From: Thermoplasmata archaeon
GTDB lineage: Archaea > Thermoplasmatota > Thermoplasmata > GCA-020350865
Direction: 5' to 3'
DNA: 64,000 bases
Assembly (NCBI GenBank): GCA_020348445.1
Contig: CP070751.1
Span: 4,537,709-4,601,708 of the forward strand
Shown: positions 1 to 9,925 of the stretch, piece after piece
How the letters are laid out: each line of letters begins with the position of its first letter
Numbering within the stretch: the first letter of the stretch is position 1
Position numbers and translations under genes: made by a program
The notes under the pieces: generated by a model
Databases searched by the model: none
Told to the model about the DNA's origin: nothing
The model's input: only the letters and a program-made list of their open reading frames with translations

Positions 1-381
1 CGTGATGGCTCCTTTTCCCTTTCCCACCCTCTTCATTTCCTTTATTCCTTTCTTAGGCTCTTGAAAATTATGAACAGCTGTGACACAAATTACAGCATCA
101 AAGGCTGTATCTTTGAAGGGCAGGTATTCTGCCCTGGCCTGAATGTAATCTGTTCTTTCGGTGGCCTTCATCCTTGTCCTTCTCAACATCTCTTTTGCAG
201 GATCGATACCGATAATTCTGCAATTAAAAGGCCCTGAGGATAGTCCAATTCCACATCCCACATCCAATAATGTTTCATTTTCCTCCATATCCAGGTACTC
301 ATTTATAAGATTGTACTTTTTTAATTGCTCCTGGGAATAAAGCTCGTCATAACCTGATGCAATTACATCGTAATATTCCAT
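1..381 (-). CDS. Class I SAM-dependent methyltransferase (partial, runs off the left edge)
   Basis: Not in the ORF track. Manual translation from ATG at 381: MEYYDVIASGYDELYSQEQLKKY...LLDVGCGIG...IIGIDPAKEML...ARAEYLPFKDTAFDAVICVTAVHNF. Contains methyltransferase motif I (DVGCGxG) and downstream motifs. Confidence 0.85.
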   Translation of the reverse strand, partial: MEYYDVIASGYDELYSQEQLKKYNLINEYLDMEENETLLDVGCGIGLSSGPFNCRIIGIDPAKEMLRRTRMKATERTDYIQARAEYLPFKDTAFDAVICVTAVHNFQEPKKGIKEMKRVGKGKGAIT

Positions 382-408
382 ATGATGAGGACAGGGCATA
401 TCGCGTTA

Positions 409-436
409 TTTAAACGTTTTGCGGATTTTAAACGTT
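409..436. repeat. Two copies of TTTAAACGTT (409-418, 427-436) in the divergent promoter region
   Basis: Exact 10-bp direct repeat with an 18-bp period, between the methyltransferase and the surface-protein gene. A regulatory role is inferred only. Confidence 0.4.
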
Positions 437-595
437 ATTTCACCCAAAATAAGCGAAATCTGTATAAACCATGAATGCAATATAAATCTCCCGTAAAGCC
501 TGGAGTCATGGGATATATGAAATAAAAAGAGTGGGCTTACAAGCATCATAATGGTTAGAGGGGGTTATGAAATACCCGCCAAAAGAAATGCATCC

Positions 596-3500
596 ATGAA
601 AAGGAAATTATTCTCATTTACTGCCATAGTATGGCTTGTTTTGGGTTCACTAATAATCGTTTTACCTCCACAGGTTCCGAATGCCACTGCAGGCAATGTG
701 ACCCATGATGTAGGAGAGCTTCAGATCAAAATGCTAACTGACTTTGGTAGGATCTGGATGCCATTACAGTGGCCTAAAAATAGTAAGATCCAAACCGTAG
801 GTCACAGTGGTTGGGGGTATATTGGATTGGTGATAGATCAGGCCAATTACGATCATAGCCCTGGATCTGTAGATATAGCAGATTGTTACAAATCCGGCTC
901 CCAAAACTACATGTCCCAAGATGACTTCATCGGGGTCTCTACAATTGACATGATCATCGATGATGGCACAACCCAAAAAAGCATTGCTACATTCATGAAC
1001 AATAGAACAACACAGGATTACAACGACGTATTGATCAATCAAACATGCTGGACTGTAAAGGATAAGGACTGGGCCATTCTTCAATGGGATGTCGTCAATA
1101 TCAAGAGTCCAGCTTCTGATATTACCGATTTCTGTCTTGGCCTGGAGGTTGATATCTCACAAGAGGGAGCAGGATATGGTTTGGGCGGGGACTCAGGAGA
1201 CGACATCGACGGCTTTGACGGAACAAATGACGTCTACTGGGCGCAAGATGATGGAGACACCACCATGGGATTTGGTTCGGTGACCGATTCTAATCCTATA
1301 ACACATTATTTCTCGTACGATTATCACCCAACAGATATGAATGATTACAAAGCCAATTGGGGAAATGAGACATGGCTGTACGAGCGAATTCGGGCACCCA
1401 ATAGTTTAGAGGGGAGCTCACAACCGGGAAACAGGACAGCTACTGTGGGATGGAACGGCGTTACCATACCCATAGGCTCGTCTAAGACCTTCACCTTGGT
1501 GATATCGATAAACGGTACATTCGATGATATGATCACGGCACAAAAAGATGCCCAATATTATTATAGAACCGTGGCAACAGGTTTCCGCATTACAGAATTC
1601 TCTGATGCAGATTCTGTATCGCAACAGATCGAGGTATTCAATTTTGGAAGTAAAGCCACTGATTTGGCAGCTGAAGGTTATTTCCTTTCCCTGGATGGTG
1701 GGACAACACCCCTTACGGGAAATTGGGATAAAAATCCCCTGGGAACCAATGAATATGGAATTTTCACTCTAGGTGCTGGAAGTATCGGACCAGAAGGGGA
1801 CACAATAGGATTATACCAGGATCTTGGGGGAGGTAACACCATCGTGTGGGATGCGGTCTCCTATGGGCAGGAAGGCTGGGCGCCCGATCCTCTCGGTGGT
1901 GAATCCGTTGAAAGACGATACGATGACGCAACACACAGATATACCAGTTTCTGGCTACGCAACGCTTCCTCGGGTCCAACGTGGGGTGGCCAAAACGATG
2001 TGCCTGTCGTGGACCCGTCGCCTGCTATAGTAATAAACGAGGTGATTTTCAACCCAGGGATTCCGGAGCTGGGATTTGTTGAATTGATGTGTACCCGCAT
2101 GGGTAATTACAATATCCAGGGATACAAAATCGTCTGTGATACAGAATACACCATCTCAGCAAGCATCATATTGAACTCCTCTAATCCGTATTTCACTCTC
2201 TTTCAATTTGATGATCCCACATTCTTTTCTCAGATGGACCCATCAGGTGACAATATATATCTTTACGACAACAATGGGCAGCTCTTGGATATGTTCGGAT
2301 GGAGCTCTCCCCACCTCTTGGGAATGAGCGCAAGCAGAATTCCTGATGGTAACGGAACTTACCAAGGTTATAACGATGTGACCTCGGAGGCTGCAAGCTG
2401 GGTTTTCAATTTGCCTTTGGACGTTGTAATGACCGAGATATCTGATTCTGCTTCCGCAGTTGCGCGAATCGAGGTATACAATCCATGGTACCCACAAATC
2501 GACTTCAGGTTGGGCTTCACGATCAATTCGTTTTCATTTGATGGACAGTTATCAGGTACATGGACCACCCCTATTGCAACCAGCGGCGGATATGGTATCT
2601 TTACTGTGTCGACACCAAATGGTCTGAATCGAGAAGGTGACACAATCCAACTGTACCAAAACGATATTCTACTGGAAGAAATTTCATATGGGTATAAGGG
2701 GATGGTTCCCGATCCCTTGCAGGATGAAAGCGCCGAAAGGTACTGGGATGGAACTGGATATTTGGATGTATGGGGAAGGAACTGGACTTCAGGCCCAAAT
2801 TTCGGGGCCCAGAACGATATTCCTTTGGCCAATCTTACATCCTTTGTGGTTCTTAACGAGGTGCTCTTCAATCCAAATGTGGTGGATGATTATTTTGTCG
2901 AGGTCTACAGCCGCTCTAGGTTATCTCAGGATATCTCAGGATTCAAGATAGTCTGCGATACCGAGTACATCGTTCCAAACGGGACAATTCTCAATATTAA
3001 TCAGGAGTTCTTCTATCTGAATTATGTGATGGATCCCGCATTCTTTGATCCTAATATGGATGTTTCAGGGGATAATGTATATCTGTACGATGCCAACGGG
3101 ACTTTGATTGACATGGTTGGCTGGAGCTCACAGCACACAGTTGGTGGATCGGTTTGTAGAATCCCAGATGGAAATGGAACATCTGATGGATATGATGATG
3201 CCTCTTCCATTGCAGCCCTCTGGCAATTCAACTGTGTTCCCACTGTAGAGCTCATAAAAATCGACTTACAAAATCGCGGGAATCCCATAATATACGGGGA
3301 ATTCATGGAGCATGTCGATATCAACTTGACCATAAGAAACCTTCAGCAGGATGATGATCTTATCAGTATCTCCAATTCTTCAGAGGAAGGTTGGACTATA
3401 GAGATATTCGATGGAATTACCTTACTTAAAATTTCAGACATTACGCTTACAGCCGGCAGCCAAGGGAACATTACTGTGAATGTCACACTCCCTGATTCTG

Positions 3501-5785
3501 TCCCCTTTGCTGTAATGGACAACATCACGATTTCCATTAGGTCATCCAACAGTGCGATAATAGGTGACAATATCGTGTTGAACGTCAGATTGTATCCCTT
3601 TATCCAGGCAACAAAAAGCGGAAATCCAGTTCAAATATATGTGAATGGAACCGGACATAGTGAAGAGCTTGAAATCACGCTCACTGCGCAGGGTACAGGA
3701 GCCACCATTGAGGCCATCTTGTCAAATGCCGCAGATATCGTATTCGTGGTTGATGATACAGGCTCCATGGGTTCAGTTATCGATCATATGAAGAGCGTGA
3801 TACTTCAAATCACTGAAATATTTACGCAGGAGATCGTCAGTGTGCGCTTCGGTCTTGTATCTTACAAGGATTGGCCCGAGCGGGATCAAGAACTCACTTT
3901 CAATACAGCGGATTTTATTTTTGCTGTTATGGGGCTATATGCAGACGGTGGTGGCGACTGGCGAGAGGATGTTTACGGAGCATTGGAAATGGCAATCGAT
4001 TCCAATTGGCGATCTGGTAATGTCACAAAAGTGATCATTTTAATAGGGGATGCAGAGGATCATGATCCATATTCACCATGCCCCCTTGTTGCGGCAGCCT
4101 ATAATGGCACCTGGGGTATTTTCACAAATACGATCGCGTCCAGCGATAATCAACTCACCCTTGATACTTTCAAGGCCATTGCAGAGAACGGAAGTGGAAT
4201 CTATAATCATTACCTTGGATTAAGTTCAGAAGATCTGGCAGATGCCATCATCGATGCAGTGCTCACTGTGGTCCCGAGGCTGGATGTGGCTGCAAAGGAC
4301 TTGGACATCTTCGACGACAATCCCATGATAAGGGATGTGCTTCCAGATTACATAGATTATGTTGACGGTTCGGCAACCATAGTTCCGGATGCGAAATATC
4401 AGGATGGAAATGGAAACACGGTCTTGGAATGGAACATAAGAGAGATCATCGTTGGCGATGTATGGGAAGTCAAGTTCAGGGTGAAATCCCATAGACTGGG
4501 TTCTCAACTTACAAACGTGATATCAGATTCTAGGATAAATTACACAGCATGGGACGGCGACAACATGACATTATTATTCCCTGAGGTCTGGGTATACGTT
4601 TTGGGTGTGCCGGACCCTCCAGATCCCAGAGTTAGCCTTGTTCCTGGAACAGATCATATAAGGTTGGAATGGACACCACCTTCCTCAGTCAATATAAGTC
4701 ATTATTTGATTTTCAGGGCAGAAGACGATCCAACTGCGTTCGATTTTTCCAATCCCTGGGCAAACACTCTTTTGGACTTTGATCCCGTGGGTCTTGATTA
4801 CGTCGATTCAAGGACCAGCTGGAATTTCACAGATGATGTTACAAATGCAAAGGAGATCTATTACTGTGTAAAGACCGTAAACGACATAGGTTGGATCAGC
4901 ACCTCAAGCTACACCATGGGAAAATGGACAAGGACATTCCCACAAGGTGTATCTACCTTCTCCTTACCTCTGGCGCCCCTTGGAACCGTACCACCCACTG
5001 CTGACTTTTATCTAAACGATATGAACGCAAGTTACATAAAATGGATGAACACCACAACTCGCACTTGGATGAAGCATGGGGAGGGTGATTTCAATGATGC
5101 CCTGCTTTTAATGGGTGAAGGCTACGAGGTAAAGTTCGATGCTCAGACTGTGTACACCTTCTTAGGAATGCCCGGTGCCATGATTATGCACAATGAGGAT
5201 GCAGGATTTCCCGGATTCAATCCAGATACCAATGCAAAGAGCATAACTGTGACCATCGAAGCCAATGGAGATGTCAACATCACTTGGCAGGAGCCTGGGG
5301 GCATGGGCCTGGGTGATGCGTACGAATTATATTGCTCTAATACAAGAAACGGCTTCTTTGGAGAACAGGGTTCCGATTATACACGTGTGGGCATTCCAGT
5401 TATCTTCGGAACAAATTACGCAGTCCATTTCGGTGCTGGAGCAGATGCTCCCGGAACCCAGTTGTATTACATAGTTGTTCCGATCAATGCAACCGGCTTT
5501 AAGGGAACGAGCACATATAGTATCGGAATCTGGTCAGAGGAAATCCTTTCAGAATATGACACTTTTGGAATACCTTTGAAAACCGGTATTGTGGAGACTG
5601 TGGATTGGTGGTGCGAGAATATTCCCGACACTGTTGGAATCAACTATTTTGATGAGCAAAACCAGTTATGGAGCTGGCATTCCACAAGGATGCCAAAAGG
5701 CGTATATGATCCTGAGTTGGAGATCGGGAAGGGGTATCAGGTATCCACCGCAAATGCTACCAAGTTTATTTTTGTTGGGGTTTAG
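596..5785 (+). CDS. Large secreted/surface protein: signal peptide, four lamin-tail-like modules, vWA domain, duplicated FN3-like C-terminal module
   Basis: Likely start ATG 596 (MKRKLFSF + hydrophobic stretch); the ORF extends to 551. Lamin-tail-like starts (FRITEF, IVINEV, VVMTEI, VVLNEV). vWA MIDAS-type motif DIVFVVDDTGSMG and later VIILIGDA. Confidence 0.8.
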   Translation: MKRKLFSFTAIVWLVLGSLIIVLPPQVPNATAGNVTHDVGELQIKMLTDFGRIWMPLQWPKNSKIQTVGHSGWGYIGLVIDQANYDHSPGSVDIADCYKSGSQNYMSQDDFIGVSTIDMIIDDGTTQKSIATFMNNRTTQDYNDVLINQTCWTVKDKDWAILQWDVVNIKSPASDITDFCLGLEVDISQEGAGYGLGGDSGDDIDGFDGTNDVYWAQDDGDTTMGFGSVTDSNPITHYFSYDYHPTDMNDYKANWGNETWLYERIRAPNSLEGSSQPGNRTATVGWNGVTIPIGSSKTFTLVISINGTFDDMITAQKDAQYYYRTVATGFRITEFSDADSVSQQIEVFNFGSKATDLAAEGYFLSLDGGTTPLTGNWDKNPLGTNEYGIFTLGAGSIGPEGDTIGLYQDLGGGNTIVWDAVSYGQEGWAPDPLGGESVERRYDDATHRYTSFWLRNASSGPTWGGQNDVPVVDPSPAIVINEVIFNPGIPELGFVELMCTRMGNYNIQGYKIVCDTEYTISASIILNSSNPYFTLFQFDDPTFFSQMDPSGDNIYLYDNNGQLLDMFGWSSPHLLGMSASRIPDGNGTYQGYNDVTSEAASWVFNLPLDVVMTEISDSASAVARIEVYNPWYPQIDFRLGFTINSFSFDGQLSGTWTTPIATSGGYGIFTVSTPNGLNREGDTIQLYQNDILLEEISYGYKGMVPDPLQDESAERYWDGTGYLDVWGRNWTSGPNFGAQNDIPLANLTSFVVLNEVLFNPNVVDDYFVEVYSRSRLSQDISGFKIVCDTEYIVPNGTILNINQEFFYLNYVMDPAFFDPNMDVSGDNVYLYDANGTLIDMVGWSSQHTVGGSVCRIPDGNGTSDGYDDASSIAALWQFNCVPTVELIKIDLQNRGNPIIYGEFMEHVDINLTIRNLQQDDDLISISNSSEEGWTIEIFDGITLLKISDITLTAGSQGNITVNVTLPDSVPFAVMDNITISIRSSNSAIIGDNIVLNVRLYPFIQATKSGNPVQIYVNGTGHSEELEITLTAQGTGATIEAILSNAADIVFVVDDTGSMGSVIDHMKSVILQITEIFTQEIVSVRFGLVSYKDWPERDQELTFNTADFIFAVMGLYADGGGDWREDVYGALEMAIDSNWRSGNVTKVIILIGDAEDHDPYSPCPLVAAAYNGTWGIFTNTIASSDNQLTLDTFKAIAENGSGIYNHYLGLSSEDLADAIIDAVLTVVPRLDVAAKDLDIFDDNPMIRDVLPDYIDYVDGSATIVPDAKYQDGNGNTVLEWNIREIIVGDVWEVKFRVKSHRLGSQLTNVISDSRINYTAWDGDNMTLLFPEVWVYVLGVPDPPDPRVSLVPGTDHIRLEWTPPSSVNISHYLIFRAEDDPTAFDFSNPWANTLLDFDPVGLDYVDSRTSWNFTDDVTNAKEIYYCVKTVNDIGWISTSSYTMGKWTRTFPQGVSTFSLPLAPLGTVPPTADFYLNDMNASYIKWMNTTTRTWMKHGEGDFNDALLLMGEGYEVKFDAQTVYTFLGMPGAMIMHNEDAGFPGFNPDTNAKSITVTIEANGDVNITWQEPGGMGLGDAYELYCSNTRNGFFGEQGSDYTRVGIPVIFGTNYAVHFGAGADAPGTQLYYIVVPINATGFKGTSTYSIGIWSEEILSEYDTFGIPLKTGIVETVDWWCENIPDTVGINYFDEQNQLWSWHSTRMPKGVYDPELEIGKGYQVSTANATKFIFVGV
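1583..3232 (+). repeat. Intragenic A-B-A-B tandem duplication of lamin-tail-like modules
   Basis: Module A twice (YGIFT...EGDTI.LYQ...SYG..G..PDPL..ES.ER). Module B twice (NEV.FNP...FVE...KIVCDTEY...SGDN.YLYD.NG.L.DM.GWSS.H...RIPDGNGT..GY.D). Boundaries approximate. Confidence 0.85.
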
Positions 5786-5920
5786 ATCTACCTTCCTCCA
5801 ATATCATTTCCAAGTATTCTTATTTAGGCTTCATTTAAACTTTTAATATGGTTATCTAATCAAAGGTGATTAGATTATATAACCAAAAGTTTAAGTATGT
5901 GTGTTTATATAGGAAATATT

Positions 5921-6640
5921 ATGAGAGATATTGAGTTCTTAGAGCTGGTAAGGGACAGTAAGCTGCCAGTTTTCACTCCCTTGGATATCTCCAGGTTGAT
6001 TAAAAAGTCCTCAGGTTATGTTTATACCTACCTGAATAGATTGACTAAAAGGAAGTTGATTGCGAGAATCGAGCACGGTAAATACTCCCTCCCAGATACT
6101 CCCATCGAGTCTGTGGCTACCAATCTGATATACCCTTCCTATATTTCCTTTTTGACTGCCTTTTATTATCACAAAAAGACCACACAGATACCCAGGGAGA
6201 TCTCGGTTGTTACTGTTCGTTCGAAAAAGGCGATAGAATACCGCGACTATAAGATAAAATTCGTAAAGTTCAAACCCGAGAACGTCATGGGTTACGAAAA
6301 AATGAAAAACGGGTATACATGGTATCTTGGAACTTTGGAGAAGAGCATTATTGATTCCCTTTACTTACCTGCAAACTGTAGCGTTGCAGACTCGATGATC
6401 GCTATTGGAGATGGAGTAAATACAGATAAGATGATCAATTACTGCATTTCAATGAGCTCTAAAGTCACAATGAAGCGGGTCGGATTCCTTTTGGAATTAT
6501 ATGGTATTGATGTATCTGATTCATTGGTAAGACATTTAAACAACAAATATGACCCACTGGATCCGCTACTACCCGTTAAAGGGGAAAAGAATAGAAAATG
6601 GCACCTTATCGTAAACATGGAGGTGAATTATGCTCTCTAG
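5921..6640 (+). CDS. abiEi: Type IV toxin-antitoxin antitoxin, AbiEi family (HTH + AbiEi C-terminal domain)
   Basis: N-terminal wHTH (YLNRLTKRKLIARIEHGKYSL), YISFLTAFYYH, IPREISVVT, EKSIID. Overlaps the downstream nucleotidyltransferase gene. Start ATG 5921 preferred over 5897. Confidence 0.8.
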   Translation: MRDIEFLELVRDSKLPVFTPLDISRLIKKSSGYVYTYLNRLTKRKLIARIEHGKYSLPDTPIESVATNLIYPSYISFLTAFYYHKKTTQIPREISVVTVRSKKAIEYRDYKIKFVKFKPENVMGYEKMKNGYTWYLGTLEKSIIDSLYLPANCSVADSMIAIGDGVNTDKMINYCISMSSKVTMKRVGFLLELYGIDVSDSLVRHLNNKYDPLDPLLPVKGEKNRKWHLIVNMEVNYAL

Positions 6641-7400
6641 GAAAGAATTGGATGGTTATCGCAAGATTACAGGATTTAATCTTGGCCAGGTAGAAAAAGA
6701 TTACCTTCAGCATATTGTCCTTCTGCTTCTTTCCCGCAGTGTCGGGGATGAACTGGTCTTTAAAGGTGGAACCTGCCTTCAAAAGGTTTTTGGGTTGAAC
6801 AGGTTCAGCGAGGATCTGGACTTCACGCAATGCGGTTCAGTGAATTTTGAGGACCTTTCTTCTTCAATTGCTAGAGGACTTCGTGGATTCGGATATTCCT
6901 CATCATTAAAAATCAAGAAAAAAAAGATTGCCATTGGTTTTAATATCAAGGTCCAAGGGCCTCTTTATCAGGGCACCGAAAGAAGTGTTTGCTCCCTTCA
7001 CATGGAATTCAGTTTAAGGGAGGATGTTCTCTTTGAACCCGAATTCAAGACACTCCATCCAATTTATGAGGATTTACCGGCATATTCAACACTGGTCATG
7101 AATCCAAAGGAGCTGCTCGCGGAAAAGGTGAGGGCGCTCCTCACCAGAAACAGGGCAAGGGATTTGTATGACATCTACTTTCTTTTAAAGAAGAACACAG
7201 CCTTGGAGAAGGATGTTATGGACAAGAAGATGCAATACTATAAAAGGACTACGGACCTCAATAAGATATCAGAGGCAATCCAGGCTAGAGAGGCCACATG
7301 GGAAAGAGAAATCCCACAACTCACTCCATTGATTTATGATTTTAGAGATGTAAAGAAATTCATTTTAGATGAGGTTAAGCGATCTTACGAATCGGGATAA
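6630..7400 (+). CDS. abiEii: Type IV toxin-antitoxin toxin, AbiEii/DUF1814 nucleotidyltransferase
   Basis: Family motifs EKDY, LVFKGGTCL, RFSEDLDF, AEKVRAL, RARDLYDI. Confidence 0.9.
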   Translation: MLSRKELDGYRKITGFNLGQVEKDYLQHIVLLLLSRSVGDELVFKGGTCLQKVFGLNRFSEDLDFTQCGSVNFEDLSSSIARGLRGFGYSSSLKIKKKKIAIGFNIKVQGPLYQGTERSVCSLHMEFSLREDVLFEPEFKTLHPIYEDLPAYSTLVMNPKELLAEKVRALLTRNRARDLYDIYFLLKKNTALEKDVMDKKMQYYKRTTDLNKISEAIQAREATWEREIPQLTPLIYDFRDVKKFILDEVKRSYESG

Positions 7401-7535
7401 CTGCTGAGCAATTTAATTTTGTTGTGGTTTAAACTCAACCTGGGATAGATCCTTTTTCATATTCTGTAGAAAGAAGAGGCTTATTACGATCCAAGTGGGG
7501 AAAAAAATGATTGCCAAATTCCACATCTTATTTAT

Positions 7536-7904
7536 TTATCTAATTATCCTCAATATAATTGGACATATCCCAAACAAGATAAGTATAAAACCGATTACAA
7601 ATCCCCATAAGCTTGCAATGGCCTTGCTTCCTGCCTCAGAGGATTTTGAGATGGCTGCTTGATAATTTTCCTTTCCCTCTTCATTCTCATCAAGTTCACT
7701 TCTATGATCGATCCAATAATCATGCCAGTAATCTGCTTCGTTATCCCAGTATTGTTCTCGATCCTTCCAGTGATTGTAAACAGATCCTGCATATATTATA
7801 ACAATTAAACCTATTAATATGAGAATTATTCCTACTGCCAATGATAACCTGGATTTTCGAGTGTAAGGTATATCTGGGTCATAATCTAGATTCTGGATCT
7901 TCAT
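7536..7904 (-). CDS. Hypothetical membrane protein (two TM helices around a helical loop)
   Basis: 122-aa ORF with hydrophobic segments LAVGIILILIGLIVIIYAG and LWGFVIGFILILFGICPIIL. Confidence 0.6.
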   Translation of the reverse strand: MKIQNLDYDPDIPYTRKSRLSLAVGIILILIGLIVIIYAGSVYNHWKDREQYWDNEADYWHDYWIDHRSELDENEEGKENYQAAISKSSEAGSKAIASLWGFVIGFILILFGICPIILRIIR

Positions 7905-8099
7905 TTGTCCTTCCTCTTATTGGTTTATAATACAGTGATTTTATATGTATTTTTATGTTAATATATTTATCGAATTTTGGGTCCTTTAGCAGGTGTTACT
8001 CATATCACTAATGGTTCTCTCCGAAATACCCCAAGAAAAATCTATTTATACACCCACCTCTTAACACGAAAAAAACCCGTGGTTTAAGAGGACAGCCCT

Positions 8100-9920
8100 A
8101 TGGCCAAAAAAAAGGAAAAAACTATTTATGATGCCCAAAAGAGGGTAGAGCAGACAGCTAGTGTGATGGAGCATTTGTTTCGGGCCCCAAAACCTGTTCT
8201 CCTTGTAATCCCGATTTTAATAGCATCTCTTATCTTTGGATTGCTCATCAGTTTCGACCTAAATGACCCCTACAATACCTTCTTCGTAAACGGCATCATG
8301 ATACTTGCACTGCCTACCTTTCTCTCGGGTATAACCTCTGTTTCACTGGCTGAGTCCCTTGGCGGAAAATTCTATCCCCGAAGATCAATGTTGCTTTCCT
8401 TTCTCTGTCTTTTAATCTTGGGGGGCATACTTGCGTTTTTTGCACTTTTAAGACTGTTTTTTGATACAGGAATCGAAATCCAGGCTGTCGTCATATTCGG
8501 TTTTTCAGCAATTATCTGGCTTAGACATCTTACTTTGGTTACCACCTCGAACAGCAGCCATCTTCACTCTCTACCTGCCGCACTTACCCAGCCGATTTTG
8601 GGTTTTTTATTCCTCGCCATCTTCCTTCCTCCATTCGGAACAAAAGAGATAATACTGGCTGTGATTTTTTTGATGATATTCCTTATAGCAGTTATCCTTC
8701 TTACACAAATGGTCACATCCCCAATGAGAAAAGCCTTTGGCGTTAACGGATTGTCTATGGTAAGGTACTCCCTGGATCATATTACAGAGGGCGGATCTGA
8801 AGGAGCGAAGGAGGTTGAGGACTTCTTTGAAAGCTTTGCCCAGAATATGGATGTACATGTTGGTCTTGTGGCCTTCAAAAAAGGAGATAAAATCAAGGCT
8901 GTTATGATAGTACCCTCAGTACATCCAGGTCCCTTTGGCCTTCTGGGGGGCAGCAACCTTCCCTTGAACCTATCCGAGAGTCTAAAAAATAAAAGTAAAA
9001 ACGTACTTGTTCCCCACGGCTCGGCAACCCATGATCTAAACCTCTCGTCATCCAAAGAGAAAAAGAAGGTTGCGAAGGTTGTATTGGAACTCCTGGATAA
9101 GGTAGAATACTCAAAATCTGCAAGTAAATTCATCAGAATCAAAGATTCAATGGATGTTTGCGCCCAGGCATTTGGCAACGGAATCCTGCTTGTTCATACC
9201 TCCTCGCCCAATCCAACTGATGATGTGGAACACCGCGCAGGAAACGCGATCCGGGATAAGGTAAGCCATAGTTTGGAAAAAGAAACGCTTTTTATCGATG
9301 CACACAACTGCGCTAAAAGAGGCTCGGGTTGCATCTATTTCGGATCCAAGGAGTCCCAACAGCTAATTGATTTGGCAGAATCTGCATCCAGGAAGGCCAA
9401 TACATCTTTAACACAGGGTATCAAAGTTGGTTATTCGCAGAAGACTGGCTATGTGACTGAAAAGGGTATCGGAAAAAGTGGAATACAGGTTCTTGTCACA
9501 GAAACGAACAATCAAAAAGCTGCATATATTCTATTTGATGGCAACAACATGATATCAGGCCTTCGTGACAGCATAATCGTGGCCATCAAAGACCTAGTTG
9601 ATGATGCCGAAGTGCTAACAACAGACAACCATGCCGTGAACGCCACAATAGGAGGTTACAATCCAGTGGGTCTGAGGATGGAAAAGGAGAATCTAGTCTC
9701 GGATGCAAAAGCCCTTGTAAAATCTGCCCTGAAAGACCTGGAGGAAGTTGAAGTGGGAATGGCCACAGGTTGTGTGAAAAATGTTAACGTCTTTGGCCAT
9801 GAAAACGTCACCCGCTTAAGTTCTGTTGTTAATTCCACTGTAGCGGCACTGAAAATTAAAACTTTCATGTCCCTGCTTTTGGCTGTTGTTGCCTCAGCGT
9901 TGGTATTTTTGTTTGTGTAG
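8100..9920 (+). CDS. DUF2070-family archaeal membrane protein (predicted membrane-bound hydrolase)
   Basis: Multi-TM N-terminal half, then conserved motifs SVHPGPF, VPHGSATHD, FIDAHN, FDGNN, TTDNH and a C-terminal TM. Confidence 0.85.
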   Translation: MAKKKEKTIYDAQKRVEQTASVMEHLFRAPKPVLLVIPILIASLIFGLLISFDLNDPYNTFFVNGIMILALPTFLSGITSVSLAESLGGKFYPRRSMLLSFLCLLILGGILAFFALLRLFFDTGIEIQAVVIFGFSAIIWLRHLTLVTTSNSSHLHSLPAALTQPILGFLFLAIFLPPFGTKEIILAVIFLMIFLIAVILLTQMVTSPMRKAFGVNGLSMVRYSLDHITEGGSEGAKEVEDFFESFAQNMDVHVGLVAFKKGDKIKAVMIVPSVHPGPFGLLGGSNLPLNLSESLKNKSKNVLVPHGSATHDLNLSSSKEKKKVAKVVLELLDKVEYSKSASKFIRIKDSMDVCAQAFGNGILLVHTSSPNPTDDVEHRAGNAIRDKVSHSLEKETLFIDAHNCAKRGSGCIYFGSKESQQLIDLAESASRKANTSLTQGIKVGYSQKTGYVTEKGIGKSGIQVLVTETNNQKAAYILFDGNNMISGLRDSIIVAIKDLVDDAEVLTTDNHAVNATIGGYNPVGLRMEKENLVSDAKALVKSALKDLEEVEVGMATGCVKNVNVFGHENVTRLSSVVNSTVAALKIKTFMSLLLAVVASALVFLFV

Positions 9921-9925
9921 ATTGA

